Shown one piece after another: positions 53,800 to 63,365 of a stretch of DNA of 64,000 bases. The translations under genes and the position numbers were made by a program. Each line of letters begins with the position of its first letter. Position 1 is the stretch's first letter. A model generated the notes under the pieces. It saw nothing but the letters and a program-made list of their open reading frames with translations, ran no database searches and was not told the origin of the DNA. The DNA is from a virus. Its lineage: Duplodnaviria; Caudoviricetes. The stretch covers positions 440 through 64,439 of IMG/VR virus record IMGVR_UViG_3300037418_001071; one strand, given 5' to 3'.

Positions 53800-54102
53800 A
53801 TGTTCATCGATAGCGTAACGCTCCTGTACAGCGGCTACGAGTACAGCAAAAACATTAGGCTCGATCTGTATGGCCTGCCTGCCACGGATGATGAGGGCCA
53901 CCTGGTCGTTACCGCGACGCTGGTCGGCTCGAAGATGGGCCTGTCGTACATCCTGAACGACGACGTGCTCGACGAAATGGGCCAATGGCTCGACGAGCAG
54001 ACGAGCCGGACTGTTCGCGTAGACCGCTTCAAAGCAAGGGCGCAGCGGTTCTCGCACGAATGCGAAATGTCGCGTATCGATCACCAGTGGAGGTGGCTTT
54101 GA
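53800..54102 (+). CDS. Hypothetical early protein
   Basis: RBS GAGGAGG. Confidence 0.6.
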   Translation: MFIDSVTLLYSGYEYSKNIRLDLYGLPATDDEGHLVVTATLVGSKMGLSYILNDDVLDEMGQWLDEQTSRTVRVDRFKARAQRFSHECEMSRIDHQWRWL

Positions 54103-54338
54103 AAACGCCGCAACCTGGGGACATCGCGCTGCGCATCCTGATCGACAACCTGCGGATCGCCAAGCACCCGGCCGACGAATACGACCGGATCTATAACCGC
54201 GGGTACGTGGATGCCATCGCACTCTGCATGCGTCCTGACCCCGCCCTGCTGGCGGAAGCGCGCGCTGAAGTGGACGCGCTCCGATTGGACAAGCCGCTCA
54301 AGCCGTACCAGTACCGGGACATCAAGCAGTCGCACTGA
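54099..54338 (+). CDS. Hypothetical early protein
   Basis: TTG start overlapping the upstream stop; RBS GGAGG. Confidence 0.5.
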   Translation: MKTPQPGDIALRILIDNLRIAKHPADEYDRIYNRGYVDAIALCMRPDPALLAEARAEVDALRLDKPLKPYQYRDIKQSH

Positions 54339-54470
54339 ATTCACGGCAGACCGCAGCTGGTAGTCGGACATAACACCAGCAGGCATGTGCGTATGGGAAG
54401 TCCGGTTCCCCTCGATCTCCACGAGGTTTTCGGACGCGCGGCATACCTGGCAGCCCGGAAATAGACGGGC

Positions 54471-54574
54471 GTTACAAGAGAGTCGGTTGCGCTGCATGCG
54501 CCCATTCGGTGAGGCGTATGCGGCGGCTGTCACCGAGCGTACGGGGAAACCCGGGCAGCCGACTCCCTTGTAAC
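54471..54574 (+). ncRNA. Candidate pseudoknotted structured RNA
   Basis: 20-bp closing helix 54471-54490/54555-54574; 12-bp hairpin 54491-54524; loop TCGGTGA pairs with TCACCGA 54530-54536; CGGG-GAAA-CCCG hairpin. Confidence 0.65.
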
Positions 54575-54712
54575 TGATCGAGTGCAGTCCACCGAATGAC
54601 GGAGGGGATCGCAAATGTGATAGCCGAACGCACGACGACGTATGAGGCCGCGGCGAGTACACCCGCAGCGCACCACTGATTGCCGAGCCCAGCACGGGCA
54701 GATGGAGAGCAC

Positions 54713-54920
54713 GATGAAAGCCGAACAAGTAGACGCAACAATCCGCGAAGCACTCAAGTCCGCTGACCGTAAGGGAAAGTTGTCCGTGGTCGCAGCAGTT
54801 ACGGGGATCGCAGGTGGTCAAGCCGCGCTCAAGAAGATCATGAAGAGCGTCGAGCCGCTGTCGATCATGGATCGCGCAATGTTGGGCATGCACCTGAATC
54901 TGCCGCTGGGTGCCGCATGA
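54713..54920 (+). CDS. Hypothetical early protein
   Basis: RBS GGAGAG before MKAEQVDA. Confidence 0.5.
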
Positions 54921-55303
54921 ACGTCCGCCTGTCCGAAGCCGCCGAGGATTACGAGAAGCAGTTGCGGCGCCTGATCGACGCACGAACCACGGCAACTGAA
55001 AACGACATCCTCGCCGGCCGTGCAGCCATTGTGCGCGCCGTGGCCGAGAAGACCGGCGAGCAGAACGGCGACCTGAGCCTGAACTGCGACGTGGACGAGG
55101 CTGAAGCGCTGGTCCGCGCCGCCGTGCAAGGCAAGGCCGAAGTGGTCGGCGAGCGCATCGCCAAGGTCGTGAGCGACGCGATCTACGCATACGTGCTGCC
55201 GCTGGCGAAGGCCGATCTGGAGGACGCGGAGAAGCGCCGCGACGAGGCATCGCTGTCCGAGCGCGCCATGCGCTGGCTGTGGAATAACGGGGTGCTGGCA
55301 TGA
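54917..55303 (+). CDS. Hypothetical early protein
   Basis: ATGA-coupled 128-aa ORF. Confidence 0.6.
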   Translation: MNVRLSEAAEDYEKQLRRLIDARTTATENDILAGRAAIVRAVAEKTGEQNGDLSLNCDVDEAEALVRAAVQGKAEVVGERIAKVVSDAIYAYVLPLAKADLEDAEKRRDEASLSERAMRWLWNNGVLA

Positions 55304-55515
55304 GCTGCGTCCACTGCAACGACACCGGCAGCCTGTCTAAGGACACGTCTGGTTATCTGGACTGCGGCCACTGCAATGTGGCTACAGAGCGCGCTGAACT
55401 TGAAGCTTGGGCCGCACGTCAAGGGCTGGATTGCTACGCCGTGACAGCTCTATGGCTGATCTACCAGCACGGCAAGCAGGCTGGTGCAAACGAAGTGCCA
55501 CGCACTGGTGCATAG
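55300..55515 (+). CDS. Small Zn-ribbon protein
   Basis: CVHC...CGHC. Confidence 0.6.
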   Translation: MSCVHCNDTGSLSKDTSGYLDCGHCNVATERAELEAWAARQGLDCYAVTALWLIYQHGKQAGANEVPRTGA

Positions 55516-55520
55516 CAGGA

Positions 55521-55715
55521 CGCCTGACTGGTCGTAAGCCAGTCGCCAAAGGCCTTGAGACTGATCTGTGACCTGACGGGAGTAGCGATGTGGTGCCGTC
55601 CAGTCTCAAGCCCTGTGGTAGCCGCATGACCGTAGCCGCATGGCTAGTACCCATGCCCCGATATGCCCGGCACGAGTGTGCCAAGGATCGGGAGCCGCGA
55701 ACGTAGCCCGGCTCC
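55521..55715 (+). ncRNA. Candidate structured RNA (copy 2 of shared hairpin plus multi-stem domain)
   Basis: Motif 55521-55546; stem CTTGAGACTG/CAGTCTCAAG 55554-55610; tandem GTAGCCGCATG at 55618 and 55632; GGAGCC..GGCTCC hairpin. Confidence 0.5.
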
Positions 55716-55760
55716 ACGCCCAATAACCCGCCGGCGCCACCGGCCAGAACGAGGAGAAAT

Positions 55761-55971
55761 GATGAGCGGTCAAGATCCGAAATGCGGCAGCTGCGCGTAC
55801 CGTGTGAACGAGTTGCGGCGCCAGATTACGCCGTACGAGGCCGGCGCCACGATGGTTTGCTTGCACAAGGCGGTGGTGCGCGAGGACTGCGCCAAGGTGC
55901 GCGCACAGGGCGGCGCCTGCGGCCCCGATGCCGTTCTGTGGACCGCGCACAGCGAACGGAGCGCCGCATGA
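55761..55971 (+). CDS. Small Cys-rich protein
   Basis: RBS GAGGAG; CGSC..C..C..CGP. Confidence 0.55.
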
Positions 55972-56177
55972 CCGCCGCCGCCCGCATCGCCCGCCGCCTG
56001 GTGCGCAAGATCATCAAGCCTGCCGCCCTGCTCTGGACCAGGCACCAGTTGGCGCAAGCCGAGGAGCGCGCAGAACACTTCATGAACATGCGCAGCCAGA
56101 TCGTGCCGATGGAACTGTACGAACGCAAGCGCGCCGTGAAGTTGACCGCACGCCGCAATCAGATTCAGAACTGGTAA
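55968..56177 (+). CDS. Hypothetical early protein
   Basis: ATGA-coupled. Confidence 0.5.
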   Translation: MTAAARIARRLVRKIIKPAALLWTRHQLAQAEERAEHFMNMRSQIVPMELYERKRAVKLTARRNQIQNW

Positions 56178-56383
56178 CCCAACCTAGGAGATCGCCATGG
56201 ACCGCCGTACGCATGAAGTCACTCGCAACACCAAGGCCGAACTGTTCGTCGCGAAGGTCAAGCTTGCCGGCCTGACGATCCTAGGCATTGTCTCCGCCGT
56301 TGTCATCGCGGTTACGGGGCTGCCGGCCTGATTCGAAGCGCGTCATTTTAGAAAGACCCCTGAATTTCAACTAGGAGAGAGAC

Positions 56384-57442
56384 GTGAACGCACCGGTTCA
56401 AAACGCCCTGACCGTTCGTCAGGAATTCGGCAGCACCAGCACTTCGCTGGCCATGCAGGAAACGTCGTCGACCGCCGTCGCGGCGCAGGCCAAAGCGATG
56501 GTCGAGGCGCGCTATGTGATGGCGATGCAGCGCCCGCGTAACTGGGACCAGGTGCGTCAGGATCTCATGAAGGAGTGCAAGCGCCCCTCTTTCGCCCACA
56601 ACAAGAGCGCCTACTACCGCAAGCCGATCGGCCAGGGCGTGGAAGGTCTCGGCATCCGCTTCGTGGAAGTTGCCCTGCGCTGCATGACGAACGTCCTGAT
56701 CGAAACCACGATGATCTTCGAGGACGCCGCCAAAGAGATTCACCGCGTGGCCGTCACCGACCTGGAATCGAACGTCACCTACCCGCTCGACGTGCGGGTA
56801 TCGAAGACCGTCGAGCGCTCGAAGCCGCTGGAAGATGGCTCGTATATCTCGGTGCGCACCAACAGCTACAACAAGCCGGTGTTCACCGTGCCGGCGAATG
56901 ACGACGACCTCCTGAACAAGCGCGCGGCGCAAATCTCGAAGGCGATCCGGACCTTGGGCTTGCGCATCATCCCCGGCGACATGCAGGACGAGGCCGAAGA
57001 GATCATCAAGCGCGTGCGCCTGGACGAGGCGGCGCGCGATCCGGATGCCGAGCGCAAGAAGGTTGCGGATGCATTCGCTGGCATAGGCGTCAAGGTGTCC
57101 GACCTGGTCGACTATCTCGGCCACACGTTGGACACGTGCTCTCCGACCGAACTGGTCGACCTGCGCGGCGTCTACGGCGCCATCAAGGACGGCGAGGCCA
57201 CGTGGAAGTCCGTTATGGAGAACAAGGCCGAGCAGGACGGCACCAAGAAGCCGAACGCGCAGCCGAAGGAACTGCCGACCTGCACGGCCGACGACTTCGC
57301 GAAGAAGACGCCCGAGTGGCGCCAGGTGATCCTCTCCAAGAAGAAGAGCGTCAACGACCTGATCGCCACCATCCAAACAAAGATGCTGCTGACCGAAGAG
57401 CAGAAGCTCACGATCGACAGCTGGACCCACGAAGCAGAATAA
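56384..57442 (+). CDS. Putative single-strand annealing / recombination protein
   Basis: RBS AGGAGA; EGLGIRFVEVA motif; directly upstream of a YqaJ exonuclease. Confidence 0.55.
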   Translation: MNAPVQNALTVRQEFGSTSTSLAMQETSSTAVAAQAKAMVEARYVMAMQRPRNWDQVRQDLMKECKRPSFAHNKSAYYRKPIGQGVEGLGIRFVEVALRCMTNVLIETTMIFEDAAKEIHRVAVTDLESNVTYPLDVRVSKTVERSKPLEDGSYISVRTNSYNKPVFTVPANDDDLLNKRAAQISKAIRTLGLRIIPGDMQDEAEEIIKRVRLDEAARDPDAERKKVADAFAGIGVKVSDLVDYLGHTLDTCSPTELVDLRGVYGAIKDGEATWKSVMENKAEQDGTKKPNAQPKELPTCTADDFAKKTPEWRQVILSKKKSVNDLIATIQTKMLLTEEQKLTIDSWTHEAE

Positions 57443-57452
57443 GGAGAACGCC

Positions 57453-59336
57453 TTGATCACCCACTCTCTCGTCCAAGGAAGCGCGGAATGGCATGCTTAC
57501 CGCGCCGCTCACTTCAATGCCAGCGACGCGCCGGCCATGATGGGCGTGTCGGCGTACAAGACACGCTCCGAACTGGTCCGCGAGTACGCGACCGGCGTCA
57601 GCAAAGAGGTCGACGCATTCACGCAGGCCCGCTTCGACGATGGTCATCACTTCGAAGCGCTGGCCCGCCCGCTGGCCGAACAGATCATCGGCGAAGACCT
57701 GTATCCGGTTGTTGGCTCCGAGGGAAAGTATTCGGCCAGCTTTGACGGCCTGACGATGTCCGAATCCATCGGTTTCGAGCACAAATCGCTCAACGATGAC
57801 CTGCGCGCCGTGATGGTGGACGGATGCGATGGCCACGATCTCCCGATGATGTACCAGGTTCAGATGGAGCAGCAATGCATGGTGTCCGGCGCCGGCCGCA
57901 TTCTGTTCATGGCCTCGAAGTGGGAAAACGACGAACTGGTCGAGGAACGCCACTGCTGGTACGAGGCGAACGAAGCGCTACGTGCCGATATCGTCGCCGG
58001 CTGGGCGCAGTTTGAGATCGACGTGGCCGCATACCAACCGGTCGAAGTGCTTCCAGCCGCAGTCGCCGCCGCCGTGCAAGACCTACCCGCCCTGTCGATC
58101 CGCGTCGACGGCCAGCTGACCCTGAATCACAACCTGGTCCTGTTCGGCGAACGGCTGCAATCGTTCATCGCCGACATCGACACGAACCCGAGCGATGATC
58201 AGGCCTTCGCCGATGCCGAGCAGGCCATCAAGGTGATGGAGCGCGCCGAGACCGCGCTGGGTGCCGCCGAGGCCTCCGCGCTCGGCCAGATTTCGACCGT
58301 CGACGAAATGGTGCGCACAGTCGCGAGCTACAGGGAGCTGGCCCGCAAGACCCGCCTGATGCTGGAAAAGGTCGTGAAGGCGCGCAAGGAAACGATCCGC
58401 GTCGAGATCCAGCAAGGCGCCAAAGACAAAGCTGCGGCCCACATCGCCGCGCTGAATGCACGCCTCGGGAAGCCGTACATGCCGGCCGTCGCCGTCGACT
58501 TCGCTGGCGTGATGAAGGGGAAGAAAACCGTCACCAGCCTCCGCGACGCGGTCGACACCGAATTGGCGCGCTTCAAGATCGAGGCGAACGCAATCGCCGA
58601 TCGGATCGGGTTCAACCTGGCCATGCTGCGCGAACTGGCCAGCGACTATACCTTCCTGTTCGCGGATACCGCCTCGATCGTGCTCAAGGGCGCCGATGAT
58701 CTGATGGCCCTGATCAAGCTACGGATCGCCGAGCATGAGCAGGCGGAGGCGGCAAAAGCCGAAGCCCTGCGCGCACGGATTGCCGAGGAGGAACGCGTCA
58801 AGGCCGAGAAGGCAGCGGCTGACGCCGAGCGCGCACGCCAGCAGCAGGAGGCGGCGCGGATTCAGGCCGAGGCGGAAGCACGCGCACGCGAAGAAGCTGC
58901 AGCGCGCGCACAGCAGGAAGCGGCCGCCAAACTGGAAGCCGATCACGCCGAGGCGCTCGAGATCAACGCGGCCGGGCACTACTACCACGCCACGCTGAAG
59001 CGCGACGACGGCAAGCCGATCATGTGCAACCCGAACGGCTCGCGCAGCGTGTTCTGCGATATCGACGAAGACCATGGCACGCTGCTGCCGGCTCAAGTGA
59101 CGCCGATCGCCGCGGCGCGCCCGGCAGCGGTACCGACCACGGCGCCGACGCTGCGCCTCGGTCAAATCTGCGAGCGCCTGGGCTTCACGATGACTGCCGA
59201 CTTCCTCGCCAAGCTGGGCTTCGTGCACGCGGCGCAGGAAAAGGCAGCGAAGCTGTACCACGAGTCGGATTTCCCGTCGATCTGTGCGGCCCTGATTCGT
59301 CACATCGCCGACATCCAACAGGAGAAAGCAGCATGA
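57453..59336 (+). CDS. YqaJ/lambda-exonuclease family nuclease with long coiled-coil C-terminus
   Basis: QGSAEWHAYR..ASDAPAMMG; ASFDGL; EHK; YQVQMEQQ. Confidence 0.9.
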   Translation: MITHSLVQGSAEWHAYRAAHFNASDAPAMMGVSAYKTRSELVREYATGVSKEVDAFTQARFDDGHHFEALARPLAEQIIGEDLYPVVGSEGKYSASFDGLTMSESIGFEHKSLNDDLRAVMVDGCDGHDLPMMYQVQMEQQCMVSGAGRILFMASKWENDELVEERHCWYEANEALRADIVAGWAQFEIDVAAYQPVEVLPAAVAAAVQDLPALSIRVDGQLTLNHNLVLFGERLQSFIADIDTNPSDDQAFADAEQAIKVMERAETALGAAEASALGQISTVDEMVRTVASYRELARKTRLMLEKVVKARKETIRVEIQQGAKDKAAAHIAALNARLGKPYMPAVAVDFAGVMKGKKTVTSLRDAVDTELARFKIEANAIADRIGFNLAMLRELASDYTFLFADTASIVLKGADDLMALIKLRIAEHEQAEAAKAEALRARIAEEERVKAEKAAADAERARQQQEAARIQAEAEARAREEAAARAQQEAAAKLEADHAEALEINAAGHYYHATLKRDDGKPIMCNPNGSRSVFCDIDEDHGTLLPAQVTPIAAARPAAVPTTAPTLRLGQICERLGFTMTADFLAKLGFVHAAQEKAAKLYHESDFPSICAALIRHIADIQQEKAA

Positions 59337-59557
59337 AACTCGATCACGCCAACGCAATGTTCGCCCAGTTCCTCCACGACGCCGGCGCCACCGAGTATCC
59401 GCACCTGGTCGACATGGCCGACCTGTTCGACGAAGGTCCGACCGGCATCGAGATCGTCGACGCACTGGTTGAAGTGTTCGACCTGACGCACAACGAGATG
59501 ATCGACAGGCTGCAGGGCCTGAACTTCAATGCGTTGCGCAGGGAGGTGGCAACGTGA
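59333..59557 (+). CDS. Small acidic hypothetical protein
   Basis: ATGA-coupled. Confidence 0.55.
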   Translation: MKLDHANAMFAQFLHDAGATEYPHLVDMADLFDEGPTGIEIVDALVEVFDLTHNEMIDRLQGLNFNALRREVAT

Positions 59558-59739
59558 GTCGATTCTTCGCCGCCCTGTACGTGTCGGAGATTTGGCACGG
59601 CCGCTGGCGTTCTGATGGATGCCTTTTTTCGAAAGCCAGGGCCGTAGTCCTGTTCGACCGAATCATAGCTGGCGAGGATCATCGCTTGCGGCTCAATGGT
59701 CGTCCGCTCGACGAATTCATCGACGGAGTTGAATCATGA
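59554..59739 (+). CDS. Small hypothetical protein
   Basis: RBS GGAGG, GTGA-coupled. Confidence 0.45.
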   Translation: MSRFFAALYVSEIWHGRWRSDGCLFSKARAVVLFDRIIAGEDHRLRLNGRPLDEFIDGVES

Positions 59740-60191
59740 CCGTACAGCGCCGCCCGTTCTTCCTCATGCACGACCAGGCCCGCAACAATGCCGCCAAGTA
59801 CTGCATGGAAGCGCCTACAGGCTGGATGGTCGTGTTCTCCGAGCCGAAAAAGAAGCGCATCCAAGAAGAAAAATATCACGCCATGATCGACGACATCTCG
59901 CGCCAGGTTGAGCACATCGGCCGCAAATGGGACTCCGACGACATGAAGCGACTCTTGATCGATGAATTTGCCGACGAGATGCGCGCCGCAGGCACGCCAA
60001 TTCACCATGACGGCCGTGTTATCCCGAGCCTGGACGGACGAAGGATTGTGCAACTCGGCATCCAGTCCCGCGACTTCTACGTGAAGGAAGCCGCGCAGTT
60101 CATCGAATTCCTGTACGCATTCGGCGCCGCGCGCGATGTGAAGTGGAGCGAACCAGCATACGACGTAACCAACACGAAAGAGACAGCATGA
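59736..60191 (+). CDS. ninB: NinB-family recombination protein
   Basis: ARNNAAKY..AP.GW.V.FSEPK..EKYHAMIDDISRQV..GRKWD..DMKRLL; FIEFLYAFGA. Confidence 0.75.
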   Translation: MTVQRRPFFLMHDQARNNAAKYCMEAPTGWMVVFSEPKKKRIQEEKYHAMIDDISRQVEHIGRKWDSDDMKRLLIDEFADEMRAAGTPIHHDGRVIPSLDGRRIVQLGIQSRDFYVKEAAQFIEFLYAFGAARDVKWSEPAYDVTNTKETA

Positions 60192-61480
60192 GCAACCAAG
60201 AATTCACCGAAAACCGAGACGGCCTTGCGAATGCGTTTGCAGCTGCGGGCGCGGAACTGCTGGCCTATCAGCCTCTCGTCAGCACCGCTGTAGCACCGAT
60301 CCCTGACACGCGGCCGCAGAAATACGCTGTCGCCGGTACGCTGAAAGGCATTCTGTCGATGGCCGGCAAAATGATGGGCGATGAAGGCGGCCCTGTTGCA
60401 GGCGGGCCTGTAGCGTGGATGCGCAACAATCTGAGCGAATGCAAGACAGACGCCGAGGTGAAGCACATGGAAAGCCTTGAATTCGGCCGCTGGAAGGAAA
60501 TCGCCGCCAGCTTCACGATCCCGTTGTACGCCGCACCCGCCCATCCTGTCTCCGCAGCAGAGAAGCCGACCGGCGATCTGACGGATGAGCGTAATCGTGT
60601 GCGCGAAGAATTTGAGTTGGCCGTCAAGCTAGGCGCACGATTCGACATCGACAGCGCAATGCTGAACGTTGATGCATTGGTCCGCGCTGCGATTGCAGCC
60701 CATCTGGCACGCCACCCGAAAGCAGAGCAGCCTCAGGGCGCACTTGATGCACTTGGAACCACTATCAAAGCTGTGGTGAACATGCTGCCCGCCAAAGAGG
60801 CCGGCGCACTTATCGCTGCATTCGGGGAGGTCGCACACCTGGCAAGACAGGCGCAGGCCGAGCCGATCGCCTACGTCAATCGCGACGAACTCGACAACAT
60901 GCTGGACGACCGCACCGCGACCATCCAGACCAGCCAGAGCAACTGGCGCAGAACGCCACTCTACGCCGCTCCGGTAGCTCCTGCCGGCGCACAGAACGAC
61001 CTGACGACCGTTGAATGCCCGACCTGCAACGGACACGGCATGGTCGGGCGGTTGATGCCGCCAAACGAATTCGGCGGCGGATATGACGCCCAAGGCTGCG
61101 ACGACTGCGACGGACAAGGCAAGGTCATCGTGTCGCGCAAGGACTTGGCCGGCGCACAGAACGCCATCCCGGCTGATGTTCGTCGCGCCCTCGACCGCAT
61201 GTGCACGCCGCTGCACGAAAGCAGACTGTCAGGCGCAACGGCAGACGAAGACGCACGCTGCATGCAGATCATCAGGAACTACATCGAGGCCGGTGCACAG
61301 AACGCCGAGGCAATCCGCAATCAGGCATACGGAAAGTGCATCGAGATTGCTGAGAGCGAACTGTCAAACACCAATTCGCTCGCAAGCATGCCGCCTCAGT
61401 CTGCAGCCGCTTTCAGCATCATCAACCGAATCCGGTTTCTCCAGACTGGATCAGCTAACACCCAGGAAGGGGGCGTATGA
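60188..61480 (+). CDS. Mosaic multi-module early protein
   Basis: Repeated AWM/PLYAAP modules, CxxC domain, three GAQN linkers. Confidence 0.65.
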   Translation: MSNQEFTENRDGLANAFAAAGAELLAYQPLVSTAVAPIPDTRPQKYAVAGTLKGILSMAGKMMGDEGGPVAGGPVAWMRNNLSECKTDAEVKHMESLEFGRWKEIAASFTIPLYAAPAHPVSAAEKPTGDLTDERNRVREEFELAVKLGARFDIDSAMLNVDALVRAAIAAHLARHPKAEQPQGALDALGTTIKAVVNMLPAKEAGALIAAFGEVAHLARQAQAEPIAYVNRDELDNMLDDRTATIQTSQSNWRRTPLYAAPVAPAGAQNDLTTVECPTCNGHGMVGRLMPPNEFGGGYDAQGCDDCDGQGKVIVSRKDLAGAQNAIPADVRRALDRMCTPLHESRLSGATADEDARCMQIIRNYIEAGAQNAEAIRNQAYGKCIEIAESELSNTNSLASMPPQSAAAFSIINRIRFLQTGSANTQEGGV

Positions 61481-61800
61481 GCATCTATTACACCGCACGG
61501 CCTGACGGCTACCGCTACCAACTGCCGGGGCCGCACGCGAAATGGGATGCGGATTGCGAGAGCGACGCCGATCTGGAATTTCTTGCTGAGGAAGCTGCTG
61601 CCGACTTCCACAGCGAGCACGACGGATGGGAAAGACAATGGCCGCTGACGATCACGCTGTACGACGGCAAAGAAGGCGCGGCGCTTGGTAGCTTCACGGT
61701 CGAACGTGAATACGAGCCTTCGTTTAGCGCACAGCGCGCCGAGCAAGGCCAGACCAAGGGATCAGCTAACACCCTGAATGGGGGCGACGATGCTGTATGA
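61477..61800 (+). CDS. Acidic hypothetical protein flanked by 16-bp direct repeats
   Basis: GGATCAGCTAACACCC at 61448 and 61759. Confidence 0.6.
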   Translation: MSIYYTARPDGYRYQLPGPHAKWDADCESDADLEFLAEEAAADFHSEHDGWERQWPLTITLYDGKEGAALGSFTVEREYEPSFSAQRAEQGQTKGSANTLNGGDDAV

Positions 61801-62050
61801 AATCGAATACCGCATTGAAGGCTACCACTGGACCGACGCGATGCGCCCGAACCCGTTCTGGGGCAAGCGCATCTTCCGCGTCGATACCGAGAAGCTGGGC
61901 ACCGAGGATGAGAATGCGATCCGCGAAGCTGCAATCGCCACCCCGCCCGAGCGCTACAAGTTCCACTCGATGACGCTGCTCCCCGGCTCAGTACCGAAAG
62001 ACCACCCGCTGCGCGCTGCCAGCGCCGAGAAAGGACAGAACAATGGATAA
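61793..62050 (+). CDS. Hypothetical protein
   Basis: MLYEIEYRIEG... Confidence 0.5.
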   Translation: MYEIEYRIEGYHWTDAMRPNPFWGKRIFRVDTEKLGTEDENAIREAAIATPPERYKFHSMTLLPGSVPKDHPLRAASAEKGQNNG

Positions 62051-63365
62051 CCTGACCGCAGGCGCCGACCTGGACAAGCTGCGCACAGAGCGCGCGGACC
62101 CCGTGGACCAGATCCGCGACATTATCGATGAGGGCGGCCGTGACATACTTTCGCGGATTACCGACCTGCTACTCGGCCAGCGGGACCTCGCCCGCCGCGC
62201 AGAGCCGAGCGCGAGCGAAGACGTGCTGCGTTTCGGCATCCAAGTTGAAAAGATGCTGTGTGCCGCACTCGGTAAAGAATGGAGCGCGGCCGGCATCAGC
62301 ATAAAATCCCTGATTGCGGAACTGGCCGAACGCCGCGCGAAGCCGAGCGTTGCGGCAGATGAGCGAGCGATGTTCGAGGCGTGGGCAAAGTCAAAGGAAC
62401 CACGCACCAGCTTTCAAAAGCATCCTGATTTGGTCGGCGAATATTTCAACATGTTCACCCAATCGCGCTGGGTCGTATGGCAGGCCCGCGCCGCCCTCGC
62501 ATCGCCCGCAGTCAGCCAGAAAGCCTCTCCCGAAGAACCTGCAGCATGGATGGTCGGGCTAGATGTATTCAAGACTCAAACTGAGGCCGAAGAGAACGTG
62601 CGCAATCCTGATCTTAAGCCGGTGCCGCTCTACGAAGCCCCTGCACCGGTCACACAGCAGGCAGTCAGCCAGATGGACGGGACGGCTGTCGGCTATGAGT
62701 ACAGGCCACGCCACGAAAACGGAATGCTGCTGGACTGGACGACGATGCCGCACGTCGAGAATGATCAGGAAGCCGCCGACTACTGCGAGCCAGCCGGTTT
62801 TGAATGGCGCCGCGTATCCTCTGCGGCCACTACGGCAAGCGCGAACCAGCCCAAGCAAATGCCGTGGGAGCCGCCCATTTACATCAAACAATCGGAGCGC
62901 CCCGAGGCAATGAGTTATGCCGACGCAGCACAATGGTGCCGCGACAACGGGCTGAACGTGCCTGCTGAATGGAGCCGCGCCCAAGCACCCAGCCGGGAAG
63001 CTGCGCCGCTGGGCGAATACGCGCCGGGCCAATGGTGGCTGGCGAGCCTTGAGGCCCTGTGGGGTCACGGTCAAGTCGATGACGACACGCGCCGGGCCGC
63101 CAAGGTGGCATGCGATTTTGCGGCAACCGTGTTCGCCCAGCAGGGAGCGTCACATGCAGCGAATGCTGGCGAGGTGGATGACGCGGTGATCCGCACTATC
63201 GTGGCCAAGGCTCGCGAGTTCTATCTCGGCTACCTGTCGCGCCACATTCCTGGCGACGACATTGACGCGGTGCGCTCCCCTGTCACAACCGACACCGTCT
63301 GCCGTGTAATCGCTTTCGATCTGCGCGCAGCAATCGCCTCCAGCGCGGCACAGGAGGCGAAATGA
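62043..63365 (+). CDS. Mosaic multi-module early protein
   Basis: ERAMFEAW..WQARAAL and PAAWM..PVPLY modules with repeated linkers. Confidence 0.65.
   Translation: MDNLTAGADLDKLRTERADPVDQIRDIIDEGGRDILSRITDLLLGQRDLARRAEPSASEDVLRFGIQVEKMLCAALGKEWSAAGISIKSLIAELAERRAKPSVAADERAMFEAWAKSKEPRTSFQKHPDLVGEYFNMFTQSRWVVWQARAALASPAVSQKASPEEPAAWMVGLDVFKTQTEAEENVRNPDLKPVPLYEAPAPVTQQAVSQMDGTAVGYEYRPRHENGMLLDWTTMPHVENDQEAADYCEPAGFEWRRVSSAATTASANQPKQMPWEPPIYIKQSERPEAMSYADAAQWCRDNGLNVPAEWSRAQAPSREAAPLGEYAPGQWWLASLEALWGHGQVDDDTRRAAKVACDFAATVFAQQGASHAANAGEVDDAVIRTIVAKAREFYLGYLSRHIPGDDIDAVRSPVTTDTVCRVIAFDLRAAIASSAAQEAK

Noticed and set aside
54081-55346. 421-aa minus-strand ORF
   Set aside because: Arg/Pro-rich shadow over real plus-strand genes and the RNA island
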